DNA of 64,000 nt. Source: Candidatus Altimarinota bacterium. Its GTDB lineage: Bacteria; Patescibacteriota; Gracilibacteria; UBA4473. The stretch spans positions 60,202-124,201 of the forward strand of contig JABAZT010000020.1 in the NCBI GenBank assembly GCA_018608565.1, in the 5' to 3' direction. The notes under the pieces are model-generated. The model was not told where the DNA came from, did not search any database, and saw only the letters and a program-made list of their open reading frames with translations. Made by a program: the position numbers and the translations under genes. Below are positions 38,803 to 49,526 of the stretch, in pieces (position 1 is the stretch's first letter; the number at the start of each line of letters is the position of its first letter).

Positions 38803-40908
38803 CTAAGCATTTCTTCGACTCCCAATCCCAATCATCAAAAACAATCCTCCTATAACAGCAATAACAATAGCCCAAACATTACTTCCCCCCGTCGGCTCCA
38901 GATCATCAGCTGCAGGATAAAGATCTAACGTAGTAGCATCCACCAGATTACTCGGAACACTCGTAAGATCATCGGTATCCACCGCAATCACTCGAAAGTA
39001 ATAATGAGTCCCCTCCGTCAGCCCATCTATATACCATTGCGTTCTATTATCCGGTAAATCATTAAATCTATCCAAATTCGCGGCATTCTCGCCATATTCA
39101 ATACGATAGTGATCGATCCCCTTATCATCCGTACTAGGAGACCAGGTTAGCGTAACCTTATGCTCCGCCACAGACTTCACCGACAGATTAACCACCGCCG
39201 TAGGAGCCAATAACCCATCTCCAATTCCATCATCCACAGAATCTATAGGCTGAAGCTCTCCATCACCACCAGTCCCGCCATCAATAACAATTTCTGTTAA
39301 TGGTTTACAAACAGTAATTTTAGCGGCATTTGGCTCATCCAACTCATTCCCAAGCGTATCAGCAATTTTACATCCGATAATATACTCTCCACACTCCTCA
39401 GGCGCCTGCATGATCGTGACAAACTTATCACCAGAGGCCGATAAATCATACCGTACGTCCTCCAACACACACTGAGCACTAGAGAGCGGCTCACTTGCCT
39501 TAATAGAAAGCTCAAAATCTTGGTTTGGATCATAAGGCGGCGGCGGCGTAAGCTGAACCGCAATAACTCGAGGCGGAAGGCGATCTATCGTAATAATAAC
39601 CTCCTGACTATTTACCGTATCACCAGTATCAAAAGCCTGAAACTGATGCACCCCATTTGCCAACGCAGGAGTCTGATACACAAAATTACCGCTCTCATCC
39701 ACCGGCAAATCATCCACCAACAACGTCTGTCCATCAACAATTCTAAGTGTCTCTACTCCATAAGCTTTTCCCGTAATAGAAACTCGAGCTGATCGATACG
39801 TCCCAGGAGTTGGAGTTAGTATTTCAATACTCGGTCCTTCACCATTTCCGCTATTTCCACCTTCTCCCACTACCTGAAAATCAGTCTCTCCCGTAATCCG
39901 AAAATCCGATAGATCAATAACTGTAAGACTATGCTTCCCTGGAGTATTAAACGTAAACGCCAAAGAAAACTGATGCGTCCCTTGATCCTGTTCATCATAC
40001 CGATAATCCGCTGGCAACTGCCCCTTCGAGTCAGTTGAAGTAAATCTAACATTTCCAAAATAATTAGGAACCACATTCCCATCCAGATCAATCGCCTTTA
40101 CCGTAAAAGTATAGGTTTCCCCTGCCTTCAATGGACCTGCTGGTTTTTCAAACTCAAAACGAGCAATTGCATCACTCTCTGTATCATCAAACAACTGCGC
40201 CTTGAGAAATCGCCCCAACCCAAGATCATCATCCGCACCTACCGAATCAAGATCTGAATCCGAAAGGTAAAATACAAGCTCTGGTTTTTCAAATACAACA
40301 ACGTCGTCCACCAACGCCGTCAATGTACTAATACCTGGAGTAGCACTTATCACCTGCCCTAAAGCAATACCATTTTCATCAGACACCAAATCATGCGTCA
40401 CCACATCATCATTTCGAGAAGAAATAATCTGCACAGAAGCACCAGAAACCGAATTCCCGAACCCATCTTGTAGACGCACTCTAAAAACCGCCACACTCTC
40501 TCCATCCGCTGGGGCCGTAGCATCCACCAACTCTATAGCCGAACGATACGATGACACCCCTCCAGAAACAACCTCAAACGGATATACCGCTACATCATTA
40601 GCTCGCAAGTCTCGAGTCACATTGAGCCTATAATTACCTATGTATTTTAGATGCGCCCCATATAATTCCCCTCTATACTGCCCCCACTCATCCGATTTAG
40701 CTGAAAACTTGATATGACTTCCATCTGGACGAATCAGATCAAAACCAAGCGATTCATCAGACAATAATCCCGAAACAGAAAAACCAGCCGCCTCCCCTGA
40801 CATAACGGTATCAGGACCTGATACATAAAAATCACTCGCAACCACAACCCCAAACAGAAAGGGAAGCAACAATACAGACAAGGAAATCTTTCTAAGTAAA
40901 TCAAACAT
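38803..40908 (-). CDS. cell-surface protein with Ig-like (Big/invasin-type) domains, FN3 domain and C-terminal membrane anchor
   Basis: 701 aa. Signal peptide, FN3 'LTWSPSTDDKGIDHYRIEYG...THYYFRVIAVD', C-terminal 'LEPTGGSNVWAIVIAVIGGLFLMIGIGSRRNA'. Confidence 0.7.
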   Translation of the reverse strand: MFDLLRKISLSVLLLPFLFGVVVASDFYVSGPDTVMSGEAAGFSVSGLLSDESLGFDLIRPDGSHIKFSAKSDEWGQYRGELYGAHLKYIGNYRLNVTRDLRANDVAVYPFEVVSGGVSSYRSAIELVDATAPADGESVAVFRVRLQDGFGNSVSGASVQIISSRNDDVVTHDLVSDENGIALGQVISATPGISTLTALVDDVVVFEKPELVFYLSDSDLDSVGADDDLGLGRFLKAQLFDDTESDAIARFEFEKPAGPLKAGETYTFTVKAIDLDGNVVPNYFGNVRFTSTDSKGQLPADYRYDEQDQGTHQFSLAFTFNTPGKHSLTVIDLSDFRITGETDFQVVGEGGNSGNGEGPSIEILTPTPGTYRSARVSITGKAYGVETLRIVDGQTLLVDDLPVDESGNFVYQTPALANGVHQFQAFDTGDTVNSQEVIITIDRLPPRVIAVQLTPPPPYDPNQDFELSIKASEPLSSAQCVLEDVRYDLSASGDKFVTIMQAPEECGEYIIGCKIADTLGNELDEPNAAKITVCKPLTEIVIDGGTGGDGELQPIDSVDDGIGDGLLAPTAVVNLSVKSVAEHKVTLTWSPSTDDKGIDHYRIEYGENAANLDRFNDLPDNRTQWYIDGLTEGTHYYFRVIAVDTDDLTSVPSNLVDATTLDLYPAADDLEPTGGSNVWAIVIAVIGGLFLMIGIGSRRNA

Positions 40909-41037
40909 TTAATATCTATTTTTAGTATTCTAGTTTCTTCGCGTTTTCAAGTAAAGCAAAGACTAATACTCACAAATTGTAGCACAAAACAAGAAAGAAC
41001 AAATTTTTTTATCAAGAAGGAGATCTAATTCAAAAAA

Positions 41038-41367
41038 TTAAGATTTTAAAAACTCTTCTCTCATTAATTCAAACGCAGCTTCCAACTCTCCAAATTCTTC
41101 CGCCCCAAGCATTGAAGCTTTTTCCGGATTAGCATATTTGGAAATGACATTCTTCACTTTAGTTTGAGCCGTCACCCCCTCCAGCACTGCCAAAAACTCA
41201 CCAGCCTTCTCTGGATCATTCGTATTCGGACAATGCCCAATACTACGTCCATCTTTATCATGAACAGACATAATTTTAGTCCTTTCAGTATTGATATATC
41301 TATACACAGAAATAGAATCACACATTATAACCAAATTAAATAAACACAAAACATAAGTCAAAAGCAA
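41038..41367 (-). CDS. small hypothetical protein
   Basis: 109-aa ORF. More likely starts at 'MSVHDKDG' (about 41271). Confidence 0.4.
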   Translation of the reverse strand: MLLTYVLCLFNLVIMCDSISVYRYINTERTKIMSVHDKDGRSIGHCPNTNDPEKAGEFLAVLEGVTAQTKVKNVISKYANPEKASMLGAEEFGELEAAFELMREEFLKS

Positions 41368-41429
41368 AATTACCGCAACCAGTGCGGGAATTCATTCTCA
41401 TCTATACGAGCTCTCCAACTCAATTATTT

Positions 41430-41451
41430 CCCCCTCTTAATAAAGAGGGGG
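41430..41451 (-). terminator. strong hairpin downstream of fba (no clear U-tract)
   Basis: 9-bp perfect stem 'ccccctctt/aagaggggg' with loop 'aata'. Confidence 0.35.
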
Positions 41452-41513
41452 TTAGAAGGAGATTCCGACCAACAGACAAATTCTTATTCTTAATTCTTAT
41501 TCTTATACATTCT

Positions 41514-42560
41514 CTACCCCAATACATTCAATCCATTCAACCACCCATAACTTTCTAAAATTCTTGCCGTCATAGCTTTTTCAGCTCCTGACAAGACAAC
41601 TCGTGGATCATATTTTTTCTTATTTGGAGCATCTGGATCTGAGCTATTTCCTACCTGTGTATTGAGGAAATCCTCATTTGCTCGCACATATTCCACAATA
41701 GCTTTACTAAATGCCCACTGCGTATCTGTATCAATATTTTGCTTAATCGTTCCATGCTCAAGCGCTTCTTTCATCTGATCAGGCGTACACCCAGAACCAC
41801 CATGAAAAACAAGATCCATTGGATTTTGCTCTGAAAGTCCATGCTCTTCTCGAATTTTTGCCTGACAAGCTCCAAGGATATCTGGCCGAAGATCAAAATT
41901 TCCTTTATAGACTCCGTGTACATTTCCAAACGTAAGAGCCGCCGTAAAGAGATCCGAAATCTGGATCAACTCACCATACACCTTCGAACACTCTTCTGGA
42001 GAGGTATAACTCGCCGTTCCCGTCACCCCATCCTCTTCTCCCCCCGTTTCTCCGAGTTCAAACTCAAGAATCATTCCCAGATCCGCATGTCGTTTGAGTA
42101 GATCTTTATAGATTGGAAGCGCTTCATCGATAGGACTCGCCGACAGATCCGCCATATGACCAGACCAGAGCGCAGATCCTGTCTTATCAAACTCAGCCTG
42201 ATCAATCTCGAGCATTTTCTCCAGCCATGGAAGATTCTCCATGCTACAGTGATCCGTCGCCACAATCACCGGAACTCCATAGAACGGAGCCATGATCTTG
42301 ATATGCCGCGCGATAGACTCAGCACCAGCCGCCCAGATCGTCGGATCTTTTGGAAGCGTTTTCCCCGCGTTGAAATACCCACCACCAAAACTAGCCAAGA
42401 TAATGATCGGACTATTCGCCTCTGCCGCCGCAGCCATCGCCGCATTCGCCGTCCCCGTAGAGGACACACATACCGCAGGCAATGCCGCCTTCTTTTCCTT
42501 AAGAATTACATTGAGCTCTTGCCATTGTTGACCGGTGAGAACGCCTGCAGGGAGATTCAT
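41514..42560 (-). CDS. fba: class II fructose-1,6-bisphosphate aldolase
   Basis: 348 aa. '...ALPAVCVSSTGTANAAMAAAAEANSPIIIL...', 'ATDHC', 'FGNVHGVYK', 'LVFHGGSG'. Confidence 0.9.
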   Translation of the reverse strand: MNLPAGVLTGQQWQELNVILKEKKAALPAVCVSSTGTANAAMAAAAEANSPIIILASFGGGYFNAGKTLPKDPTIWAAGAESIARHIKIMAPFYGVPVIVATDHCSMENLPWLEKMLEIDQAEFDKTGSALWSGHMADLSASPIDEALPIYKDLLKRHADLGMILEFELGETGGEEDGVTGTASYTSPEECSKVYGELIQISDLFTAALTFGNVHGVYKGNFDLRPDILGACQAKIREEHGLSEQNPMDLVFHGGSGCTPDQMKEALEHGTIKQNIDTDTQWAFSKAIVEYVRANEDFLNTQVGNSSDPDAPNKKKYDPRVVLSGAEKAMTARILESYGWLNGLNVLG

Positions 42561-42657
42561 GAGAGAGGAAATTTAGAAAATGTAAAAGTGAGAAAATATT
42601 CTTCCCCTTCAGCATAAAAAACTATCCAAATTTTGGAACTAAAAAAAACAACAATGA

Positions 42658-43296
42658 TTGACAAATAAAGCAAATGAAATAAACAAAGAGCTAATGAGAA
42701 AAGAGAAAATAGAATCAATATCCGTTGCAATATTTGATCCAAAGGGAGATCTAGAAAAAGAATCAGAACTGTTTCAGACCATCGAACACGTAGGCGATAT
42801 AACTTTTATTGGAGAACAAAATGAAATCTCAGAAGACGAATATGGAGTCATAGCTAATTTTAAAAAACCAGAAATAAAACTAAAAAGCATACTAGAAACC
42901 GTAAGAACATCTGTTGCTCGAATATATAATGCCAGAGAAGCGGTAACCCAAAGCTTCAATTGTTTAATAGAAAATCAAATCACCGAAGCACAAGAAGCAA
43001 TTATAACAGTGAAGGAACTTGAATACTTACCTCTCAGTATTCATCGATTAATATTTGCAATGAGAGGAGTACTAAAACTAACCGACAACCAAGACACACT
43101 CAAATCCCTCTCTCAAGATCAACTTGAATTAATTCGAAGAATACCGCAGTTAATCAATAATCCATACAAAGGAATGTCAGAAGAAATTAGAACAATAATT
43201 CAAAAAATAGAACAAACAAAGGTCTTAACAACGCCACGACCTAATCTTGAAGAAGTACTAGACATAATGAAACTACCACACAGTGGAAATAATTAG
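42658..43296 (+). CDS. hypothetical protein
   Basis: 212-aa ORF from TTG. The first ATG is at about 42694. Confidence 0.4.
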   Translation: MTNKANEINKELMRKEKIESISVAIFDPKGDLEKESELFQTIEHVGDITFIGEQNEISEDEYGVIANFKKPEIKLKSILETVRTSVARIYNAREAVTQSFNCLIENQITEAQEAIITVKELEYLPLSIHRLIFAMRGVLKLTDNQDTLKSLSQDQLELIRRIPQLINNPYKGMSEEIRTIIQKIEQTKVLTTPRPNLEEVLDIMKLPHSGNN

Positions 43297-43451
43297 AAAG
43301 CCATAAAACAAAAGAAGCTCTTTAGTTTAAATTTTTAGAACCAAAATCCAAAAAATTTCGAAGACCTCTCAAGACTAACTCACACAAAAAGTTCGAGGAT
43401 AGATATTTATATTCAAATACTTATCTCCCCCTAGAAACTAGCAACTACCCC

Positions 43452-44267
43452 CTATCTCCTAATACTCACCTCCACCACTTCCGATCCATGCTTGGCATTG
43501 GTCAGAGAAACCGCTCGAAACTTATGTACTCCAGGAGTCAAAAATTTAGTCATAAACATAAAAGTTCCATTATCATTTACCTCAACCTCATCCGCAATAA
43601 CAATTCCTCCATCATAAATTCGAACCACATCAATCCCAGAATCAACCTCTCCACGGATCACAAGTTGTAGATCTGCATATACCCCCGGCTGAGGAAGTAG
43701 GAGCTCAATAGGCTGTTTTATCGCCATCACCTCAAAAGAAACTTCTCCAAAAACATTTAAATCATCAACTGAAAAAACTGAAACCGTATGAATCCCCGGA
43801 GTATTAAAAACACCAGAAACAAATCCACCATTCGTTTCCATAAGATTTAGATCCTCGGGTAAAACCGCATCCGTATCCGTAGAAGCAAAACGAACATTAA
43901 ACGAATCTAACTCCAAATCTCCACCATTTTCGTCCAGAGGCAATACCGAGAAAGCAACTTCCTCTCCCTGCTGAACCTTGAGCGGAAGACCATAGATAGA
44001 AATAAAACTAACTTCTAAAACCTCCTCCTCAGAAACAACCGGCACAATATCATCCACCATCTCATCCCCAAGTCCTTCTAAAGGAGCTGATTCATAAAAA
44101 CCTAATACATCGGCCTCTACCTCTACCTTCACATTTTGATTGGCGCGAGTCGATCCATCCACCTCAAACGATCGAAAAAACAAAAGAATATAATACAACA
44201 TCACTCCCGCAAAAATAAGAAGTAATACTGTCAGCAACGCTTTTCGAATCCATCCAAGTGTTTTCAT
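43452..44267 (-). CDS. membrane-anchored Ig-like-domain protein, paralogous to part of 38803..40908
   Basis: 271 aa with an N-terminal TM. 'FNTPGIHTVSVFSVDD...' and 'VRIYDGG...VNDNGTFMF...TPGVHKFRAV' parallel 'FNTPGKHSLTVIDLSD...' and 'LRIVDGQ...VDESGNFVY...ANGVHQFQAF'. Confidence 0.6.
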   Translation of the reverse strand: MKTLGWIRKALLTVLLLIFAGVMLYYILLFFRSFEVDGSTRANQNVKVEVEADVLGFYESAPLEGLGDEMVDDIVPVVSEEEVLEVSFISIYGLPLKVQQGEEVAFSVLPLDENGGDLELDSFNVRFASTDTDAVLPEDLNLMETNGGFVSGVFNTPGIHTVSVFSVDDLNVFGEVSFEVMAIKQPIELLLPQPGVYADLQLVIRGEVDSGIDVVRIYDGGIVIADEVEVNDNGTFMFMTKFLTPGVHKFRAVSLTNAKHGSEVVEVSIRR

Positions 44268-44384
44268 GTAATTTTTTTTAGATATAAATCAGACTATTAT
44301 AACAGAAAACAAACTAAAACACAATCACTTACGACTTCTTAAACAGGAAAATAAGTGGTACAATAGAGAGAATAATCAAAATAC

Positions 44385-45638
44385 ATGTCTTTCTCTGACC
44401 CAACACATCATCTCCTCTACGTAGACACCAAAAACAAGCTGTATCTATTTTTAAATTCCGCGATCAGGACATTTGCTTATTCCCTTGTCAGCATATTTCT
44501 TCCCGCATTCATCATTCATGAAATGGGACAACCTTTATGGGTTGTCTTTGGATTTTTTGGAGCCTATTATGGAATTGGAACGCTACTCTGTATCCCTATA
44601 GCAAAAGTCACCAGCCTCTACGGATCAAAGATTGGAATGTTGATAGGATCACTATTTCTCATTCCCTATCTCTACTGCATGGGATTACTAGTCGAAGATA
44701 CTTCATGGCTTTGGATTGGAGTCATTTTTGGGGGAATTTTTGAAGGAATATTCTGGATTCCGTTTCATCACGACATGAGCCAGATCTGCAATAGTAAAAA
44801 ATCAGGACAATCAATCGCCTGGCTCAATATTATCATGATAATCGCCACAGCACTCGCACCACTAGTAGGAGGAATATATATCGATACCTTTTCGGCCAAG
44901 AGCTTATTATTTGTGGCGGCAGGACTCACCGCACTATCTATCATCCCACTCCTACTAAGTCCCAAGAGCCACCATCCCAAAAAATATTCATTCAAAATAT
45001 CGATAAATCGAATACAAAAAAATTCAATATCCAAAGACATATTCATCGCATACGTAGGTGCCTCCCTTGTTTGGCTTGTAGGATCTACTACCTGGCCACT
45101 AATCATGTATCTCAAACTCGAAAACTACACACTACTAGGAACCATAACCTCATTCACCACCATTGCTATCATCGTCCTTATTCACTATGCCGGAAAAAGA
45201 ATCAACAAAACCAGAGGTATAAAGATACTTCCAAAAATCGTAAAAACAGATCAAGCCACCTGGGCAGGAATTGCACTTACCACGTTCCTAGGATTCATGT
45301 CACTTCCACTCATTATTATACTCGATACAGTTCGAAGAGCCTGTAGTGCCGTCAGCTGGACTACCCTCGACCACACCCTCTACCACGAAGCCAATAAACA
45401 CAAGACAAATCCAATCTATCCAATATTCACCAGACAGATTGCTATAAATGCAACGGTGACCCTCTACTGTGGATTATTTGCTTGGATTTTCTACTATCAT
45501 ACTGACATGCGACTCCTCGCCGTCTCGATCATCCCAATGCTGGTCACTATAGGATTCCAACGAGATATATTTGATCATGAAAAACACCAAAATCTAAATA
45601 TTGGAGACGAAGTTCAAGAAATACAAAATATAAACTAA
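44385..45638 (+). CDS. MFS-type transporter
   Basis: 417 aa with about 12 hydrophobic helices. Confidence 0.7.
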   Translation: MSFSDPTHHLLYVDTKNKLYLFLNSAIRTFAYSLVSIFLPAFIIHEMGQPLWVVFGFFGAYYGIGTLLCIPIAKVTSLYGSKIGMLIGSLFLIPYLYCMGLLVEDTSWLWIGVIFGGIFEGIFWIPFHHDMSQICNSKKSGQSIAWLNIIMIIATALAPLVGGIYIDTFSAKSLLFVAAGLTALSIIPLLLSPKSHHPKKYSFKISINRIQKNSISKDIFIAYVGASLVWLVGSTTWPLIMYLKLENYTLLGTITSFTTIAIIVLIHYAGKRINKTRGIKILPKIVKTDQATWAGIALTTFLGFMSLPLIIILDTVRRACSAVSWTTLDHTLYHEANKHKTNPIYPIFTRQIAINATVTLYCGLFAWIFYYHTDMRLLAVSIIPMLVTIGFQRDIFDHEKHQNLNIGDEVQEIQNIN

Positions 45639-45679
45639 AAAGAAACAAAAAAACTTAGAAAATCATTCACAACCAATGT

Positions 45680-46069
45680 CTAAGTAACTTGACCTAGCGC
45701 ACGCGTTTGAATTCCAGATTGAATCTCAATTAACTTATCAACGGCACTCGTTCTTATTGATTTCAAGCTTTCAAATGGAACAAACATCGTCTCTCCTCCC
45801 GATTTATTTATAAATACTGATCGATCATCACTATTATCCGAAATTACATTATCTTGGGCATCCCCGAGAGTAACAACACCCTTTTCATCCACCCCCAAGA
45901 CAAATAGAACATCCACACTATATCTTCCACTAAAATCATTAACAGGTCTAGGAAATTTACAGGCAACAGCTTGATGCTGAACCGATTCAACAGACTTCCC
46001 ATTTTCAGGGTCAATCGCAAGCAATTCTGACCTTGAAACAAATAAATCTTTTAATCGTGGATCACTCAT
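45680..46069 (-). CDS. hypothetical protein
   Basis: 129-aa ORF. Confidence 0.4.
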   Translation of the reverse strand: MSDPRLKDLFVSRSELLAIDPENGKSVESVQHQAVACKFPRPVNDFSGRYSVDVLFVLGVDEKGVVTLGDAQDNVISDNSDDRSVFINKSGGETMFVPFESLKSIRTSAVDKLIEIQSGIQTRALGQVT

Positions 46070-46158
46070 TAACCTAGTTTTTATAAAACAATAACAATAC
46101 GATTAATACAGAATATTAAATAAAAAATCAAATAAGCAACATCTATAAAGATTCGCAA

Positions 46159-47247
46159 TCATCGTTTCATCATAAACCGCCCTCCAACAAAAACAACACA
46201 AACCACAACGACACCAAGAGCCATCATTTTTACCATCCCAGACAAAAACACCGCAATTACTCCCAACAACACCGTTACTCCTACCAATACAACCGTAGCG
46301 CGTTTTTCCCCTTTCTCAGAATGATAAATAACAATTCCATCCTTTCCCTTATTTTCATTAGAAATCCCTCCCAACACTCGCATCAAATGATGATGCAAAT
46401 GACCTCCATCTCCAATCGCCATAGATCTCTTTTCTAGTATCACCCTACGAAATACCACCAAACCAAAATCAATCACCGGCAACGCCAAAACAATCAACAA
46501 CGTCATGATCTTAGCCCCACTCCAGATAGCCATTACTCCAAGAAGAAAACCAAGCACCTGCGCCCCAGTATCACCTAATATAATTTTTCCTTTCCAATAC
46601 AACCACCATCCCCCCAGACAAACTCCCGCCAGATAAAAATTAACCACCGTCAATCCCGCATGACTCATATCAAAAAATAACTCAGGCTTCACCAACCCAA
46701 GTACTCCAAGCGTCAAAAAACCAACCCCAGAAACCCCAGTACACAGCCCCTTCAAACCATCAAACCAATTCATCGCCTGCTGCAACACCACGATCCACAG
46801 AACCGTCGCCCCAAGACTCAACCAAAAATAATTCACCAACTCAAAATTGGTTTCTCTCCACGGAATACCAATAAAATCAATACTCACTCCACTCCAAAAA
46901 ACCCAAACCCCACAAATAAAATAAACCAACAATCTCAAAGAAGCGGAGATAGATCTTCTATCATCCACAAAACTAACCAATCCAATCAATAACACGGCAG
47001 GAATAATTTTCAAAAACTCTTTCCCTCCCACGAGCCACATCCCACACCCTAATAATAAAATCACCAATCCCCCTGGATACGGAATCCTTTCTCGATCCAA
47101 TCCATACCGCTGTGGAAAATCCAATAATCCAAGTTTCGGAAATACCTTCAACGCCAAAAACGTCAGCCCCAGACTCAACACAAAACCCAAGATCAAATAT
47201 TCGTACCACATCAGAGAGAAATTTAGCATATTCATAACTATTGTCAT
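46159..47247 (-). CDS. GT4-family polyprenyl-phosphate sugar-1-phosphate transferase (WecA/MraY-like)
   Basis: 362 aa, polytopic. 'FVDDRRSIS', 'NWFDGLKGL', 'LGDTGAQVLGF'. Confidence 0.75.
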   Translation of the reverse strand: MTIVMNMLNFSLMWYEYLILGFVLSLGLTFLALKVFPKLGLLDFPQRYGLDRERIPYPGGLVILLLGCGMWLVGGKEFLKIIPAVLLIGLVSFVDDRRSISASLRLLVYFICGVWVFWSGVSIDFIGIPWRETNFELVNYFWLSLGATVLWIVVLQQAMNWFDGLKGLCTGVSGVGFLTLGVLGLVKPELFFDMSHAGLTVVNFYLAGVCLGGWWLYWKGKIILGDTGAQVLGFLLGVMAIWSGAKIMTLLIVLALPVIDFGLVVFRRVILEKRSMAIGDGGHLHHHLMRVLGGISNENKGKDGIVIYHSEKGEKRATVVLVGVTVLLGVIAVFLSGMVKMMALGVVVVCVVFVGGRFMMKR

Positions 47248-47340
47248 CCTGAACTTGTTTCAGGATCTTGGAAAACATAATTTTAATCAGTATTAGAAGA
47301 TCCCGACTCAATCCTCAAATAACACAAATAGAAAATTCCT

Positions 47341-47988
47341 CTAAATCTCCAATAATTTCATAATCTGTTTTTTCAATTCTGGAAATTCAATACCTCCAAA
47401 ATGTCCTTTGTCTTGATAAATAGTAGGAGAAACACCCAATTTACCTGCTAAAAATTCAACTTCCTCCACCGGAACATGAGGATCATCCATAGATCCCATA
47501 ACCACAATTGTATCTACTTTCGACTCAATCGCCTCCCAATCAAACCCATCTCTCATCTCAAGAATAGGAATAATCCGTTTCGCAAGTCCCTTTTTTTCAG
47601 TTTCAAAAACACGAGCATAAGAGGCTACTAAAAGTAAAAATTTAAGTGGCGCCCCCTCATAAGACTCTAACGCACGCAACAAAGCAATTCCCCCTACCGA
47701 ATGTCCTACCACTCCTACCCTCGAATCAAGATATTGAGCCGCAAAGTTTTCCCATTCGTCTGGATTTTTAAGCAGAGACCCCCTTCGTCCTTTTTCAGGA
47801 TCTATAGACCTTCTATCAACAGAAACATCAACAACAGACAATTCCGCCTCTAACCACGGGAAACATTCCCAATCCTTATCCGCCCCCATTCCATGAACCA
47901 ATCCTACCTTTAATTTCCCATTCATTAATAAACTAATAACAATGAAGCACACAATGTCAAAAAATCCCTCTAAATCTCGTTTTATCAA
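47341..47988 (-). CDS. alpha/beta hydrolase (YdeN/RBBP9-like serine hydrolase)
   Basis: 215-aa ORF. The first 21 codons come from the repeat element, so the likely start is M22 (47925). Nucleophile elbow 'GHSVGG'. Confidence 0.6.
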   Translation of the reverse strand: MIKRDLEGFFDIVCFIVISLLMNGKLKVGLVHGMGADKDWECFPWLEAELSVVDVSVDRRSIDPEKGRRGSLLKNPDEWENFAAQYLDSRVGVVGHSVGGIALLRALESYEGAPLKFLLLVASYARVFETEKKGLAKRIIPILEMRDGFDWEAIESKVDTIVVMGSMDDPHVPVEEVEFLAGKLGVSPTIYQDKGHFGGIEFPELKKQIMKLLEI

Positions 47989-48118
47989 GGGAGACCTTTA
48001 AACCTATAACTAAGCCGAATTCTTCTAATTCAACATTCCCTTCCTTGTGAAGGTGAATTGTGCTCCTAGTACAAGAGAGGCTCCCCTGGAGGACAAAGGA
48101 AGGGGTAGGGATGGATTT
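47963..48118. repeat. MITE-like dispersed element, copy B
   Basis: Left end 'aatccctctaaatctc' is the inverse of 'gagatttagagggatt'. Core 'ccttgtgaaggtgaattgtgctcctagtacaagagag' matches copy A with few mismatches. Confidence 0.7.
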
Positions 48119-48121
48119 CAT

Positions 48122-49033
48122 CTACCCACCCATCTCACCAACCGCCCACACTAGCCGTTCCTTCACTGCACTATCACTCGAGCTATGTCCCGCCGGAACA
48201 AAGAATAATTCACTATGAGGATTTACCTCATGCAGCTTCCACGCATGTAACGGAGGACAAATCACATCTCGCCTTCCGTGTACAATAATCATTGGGATAT
48301 CTTTTAGCTTATTAGCATTCTTTACGATATATCCATTTTCCAAAAAACAATCATTCGCCAGATAATTACACTCCATCAACGCAAAAGATTCCGCCGGACA
48401 ATCGGCAATCACCTCATTTAGTTCCTCCTCACTCCATCCCTTATCCATCAAACTCAATTCATACCGCACCATCTCATACGCAAATTTCTGACGAATAGCC
48501 CCATCCTCAGATTTTAGCTGTGCCAAATAGTAATCCAATACATCCTTCCCCTCAGGAACCATCGAAGCAAAACGTCGATACGCCTCTGGAAAGAAAAGCT
48601 CCGTCCCTCCTCCTGTGTAATACGCCCGATCCCATCCTTCAGCGAGAAAGATTCCACGCAAAATCAATCCATTCACCATCTCTGGATACTTAATCGCAAA
48701 ACAAAGCCCCAGCGTCGACCCCCAAGACCCACCGAATACAATCGATTTCTCAAATCCAAATTCATTCATCAATTCCTTCTGATCCTCGACCAAAAAAGAC
48801 GTTTCATTTTCCCTCAGATCACAATATGGAGTGCTTCTACCAGATCCACGCTGCTCATAGAACAAGACCCGATGCTTCGCAGCATCAAAAAAATCATAAT
48901 CTTTTTCTCCAAACCCAGCTCCAGGCCCACCATGTACAAATACAAATGGAATTCCATTTGGATTTCCCCAGAGCTCATAATATAACTCATGCACCTCACT
49001 TACTCGATAATGACCAGATTTATAAACACTCAT
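48122..49033 (-). CDS. pip: proline iminopeptidase (S33 family)
   Basis: 303 aa. 'FVHGGPGAG' and 'GGSWGSTL' (GxSxG). Confidence 0.85.
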   Translation of the reverse strand: MSVYKSGHYRVSEVHELYYELWGNPNGIPFVFVHGGPGAGFGEKDYDFFDAAKHRVLFYEQRGSGRSTPYCDLRENETSFLVEDQKELMNEFGFEKSIVFGGSWGSTLGLCFAIKYPEMVNGLILRGIFLAEGWDRAYYTGGGTELFFPEAYRRFASMVPEGKDVLDYYLAQLKSEDGAIRQKFAYEMVRYELSLMDKGWSEEELNEVIADCPAESFALMECNYLANDCFLENGYIVKNANKLKDIPMIIVHGRRDVICPPLHAWKLHEVNPHSELFFVPAGHSSSDSAVKERLVWAVGEMGG

Positions 49034-49144
49034 AAACCAATCATAAAATTAAAAATTAGAAATTAAAGATTAAAAATTATACACTGAAGAAAAATTAGGA
49101 ATTCTCTCAGCCTCTCCATCCTTCAACCTCTCGCCCTCCTCCTC

Positions 49145-49525
49145 ATGAAAAATGTCCTTACCCTTATCGTCGTACTCCTGATTGCCACTATTGCCGCGCT
49201 CTTTGCATTTCAAAACAGCCAACCTATGGATGTTGTCTTCTACAAATGGAAATTTGAAAGCGTAGAAGCCGTTATTTTACTTATGGCTATGGGGATCGGA
49301 GTCATTATGACGTTACTCGCATTTATTCCCAGTCGAATGGCAAGAAGCATTCACATCGCTTCACTTAAATCAAAACTCAAAAAATCAGAAAAAGCCTGTG
49401 AACAACACAAAACAGAACACGCTAAAACCACAGAAGAAAAAACTAAAACAGAAAAAGAACTAGAAGATATTGCACAAAAGAAAGCTAAAACAGAGGCAGG
49501 GATAGAAGAAATAAACGCGGAATAA
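49145..49525 (+). CDS. LapA-domain (DUF1049) membrane protein with coiled-coil tail
   Basis: 126 aa. Two TM helices with 'FQNSQPMDVVFYKWKFE' between them, then a K/E-rich tail. Confidence 0.55.
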   Translation: MKNVLTLIVVLLIATIAALFAFQNSQPMDVVFYKWKFESVEAVILLMAMGIGVIMTLLAFIPSRMARSIHIASLKSKLKKSEKACEQHKTEHAKTTEEKTKTEKELEDIAQKKAKTEAGIEEINAE

Positions 49526-49526
49526 A

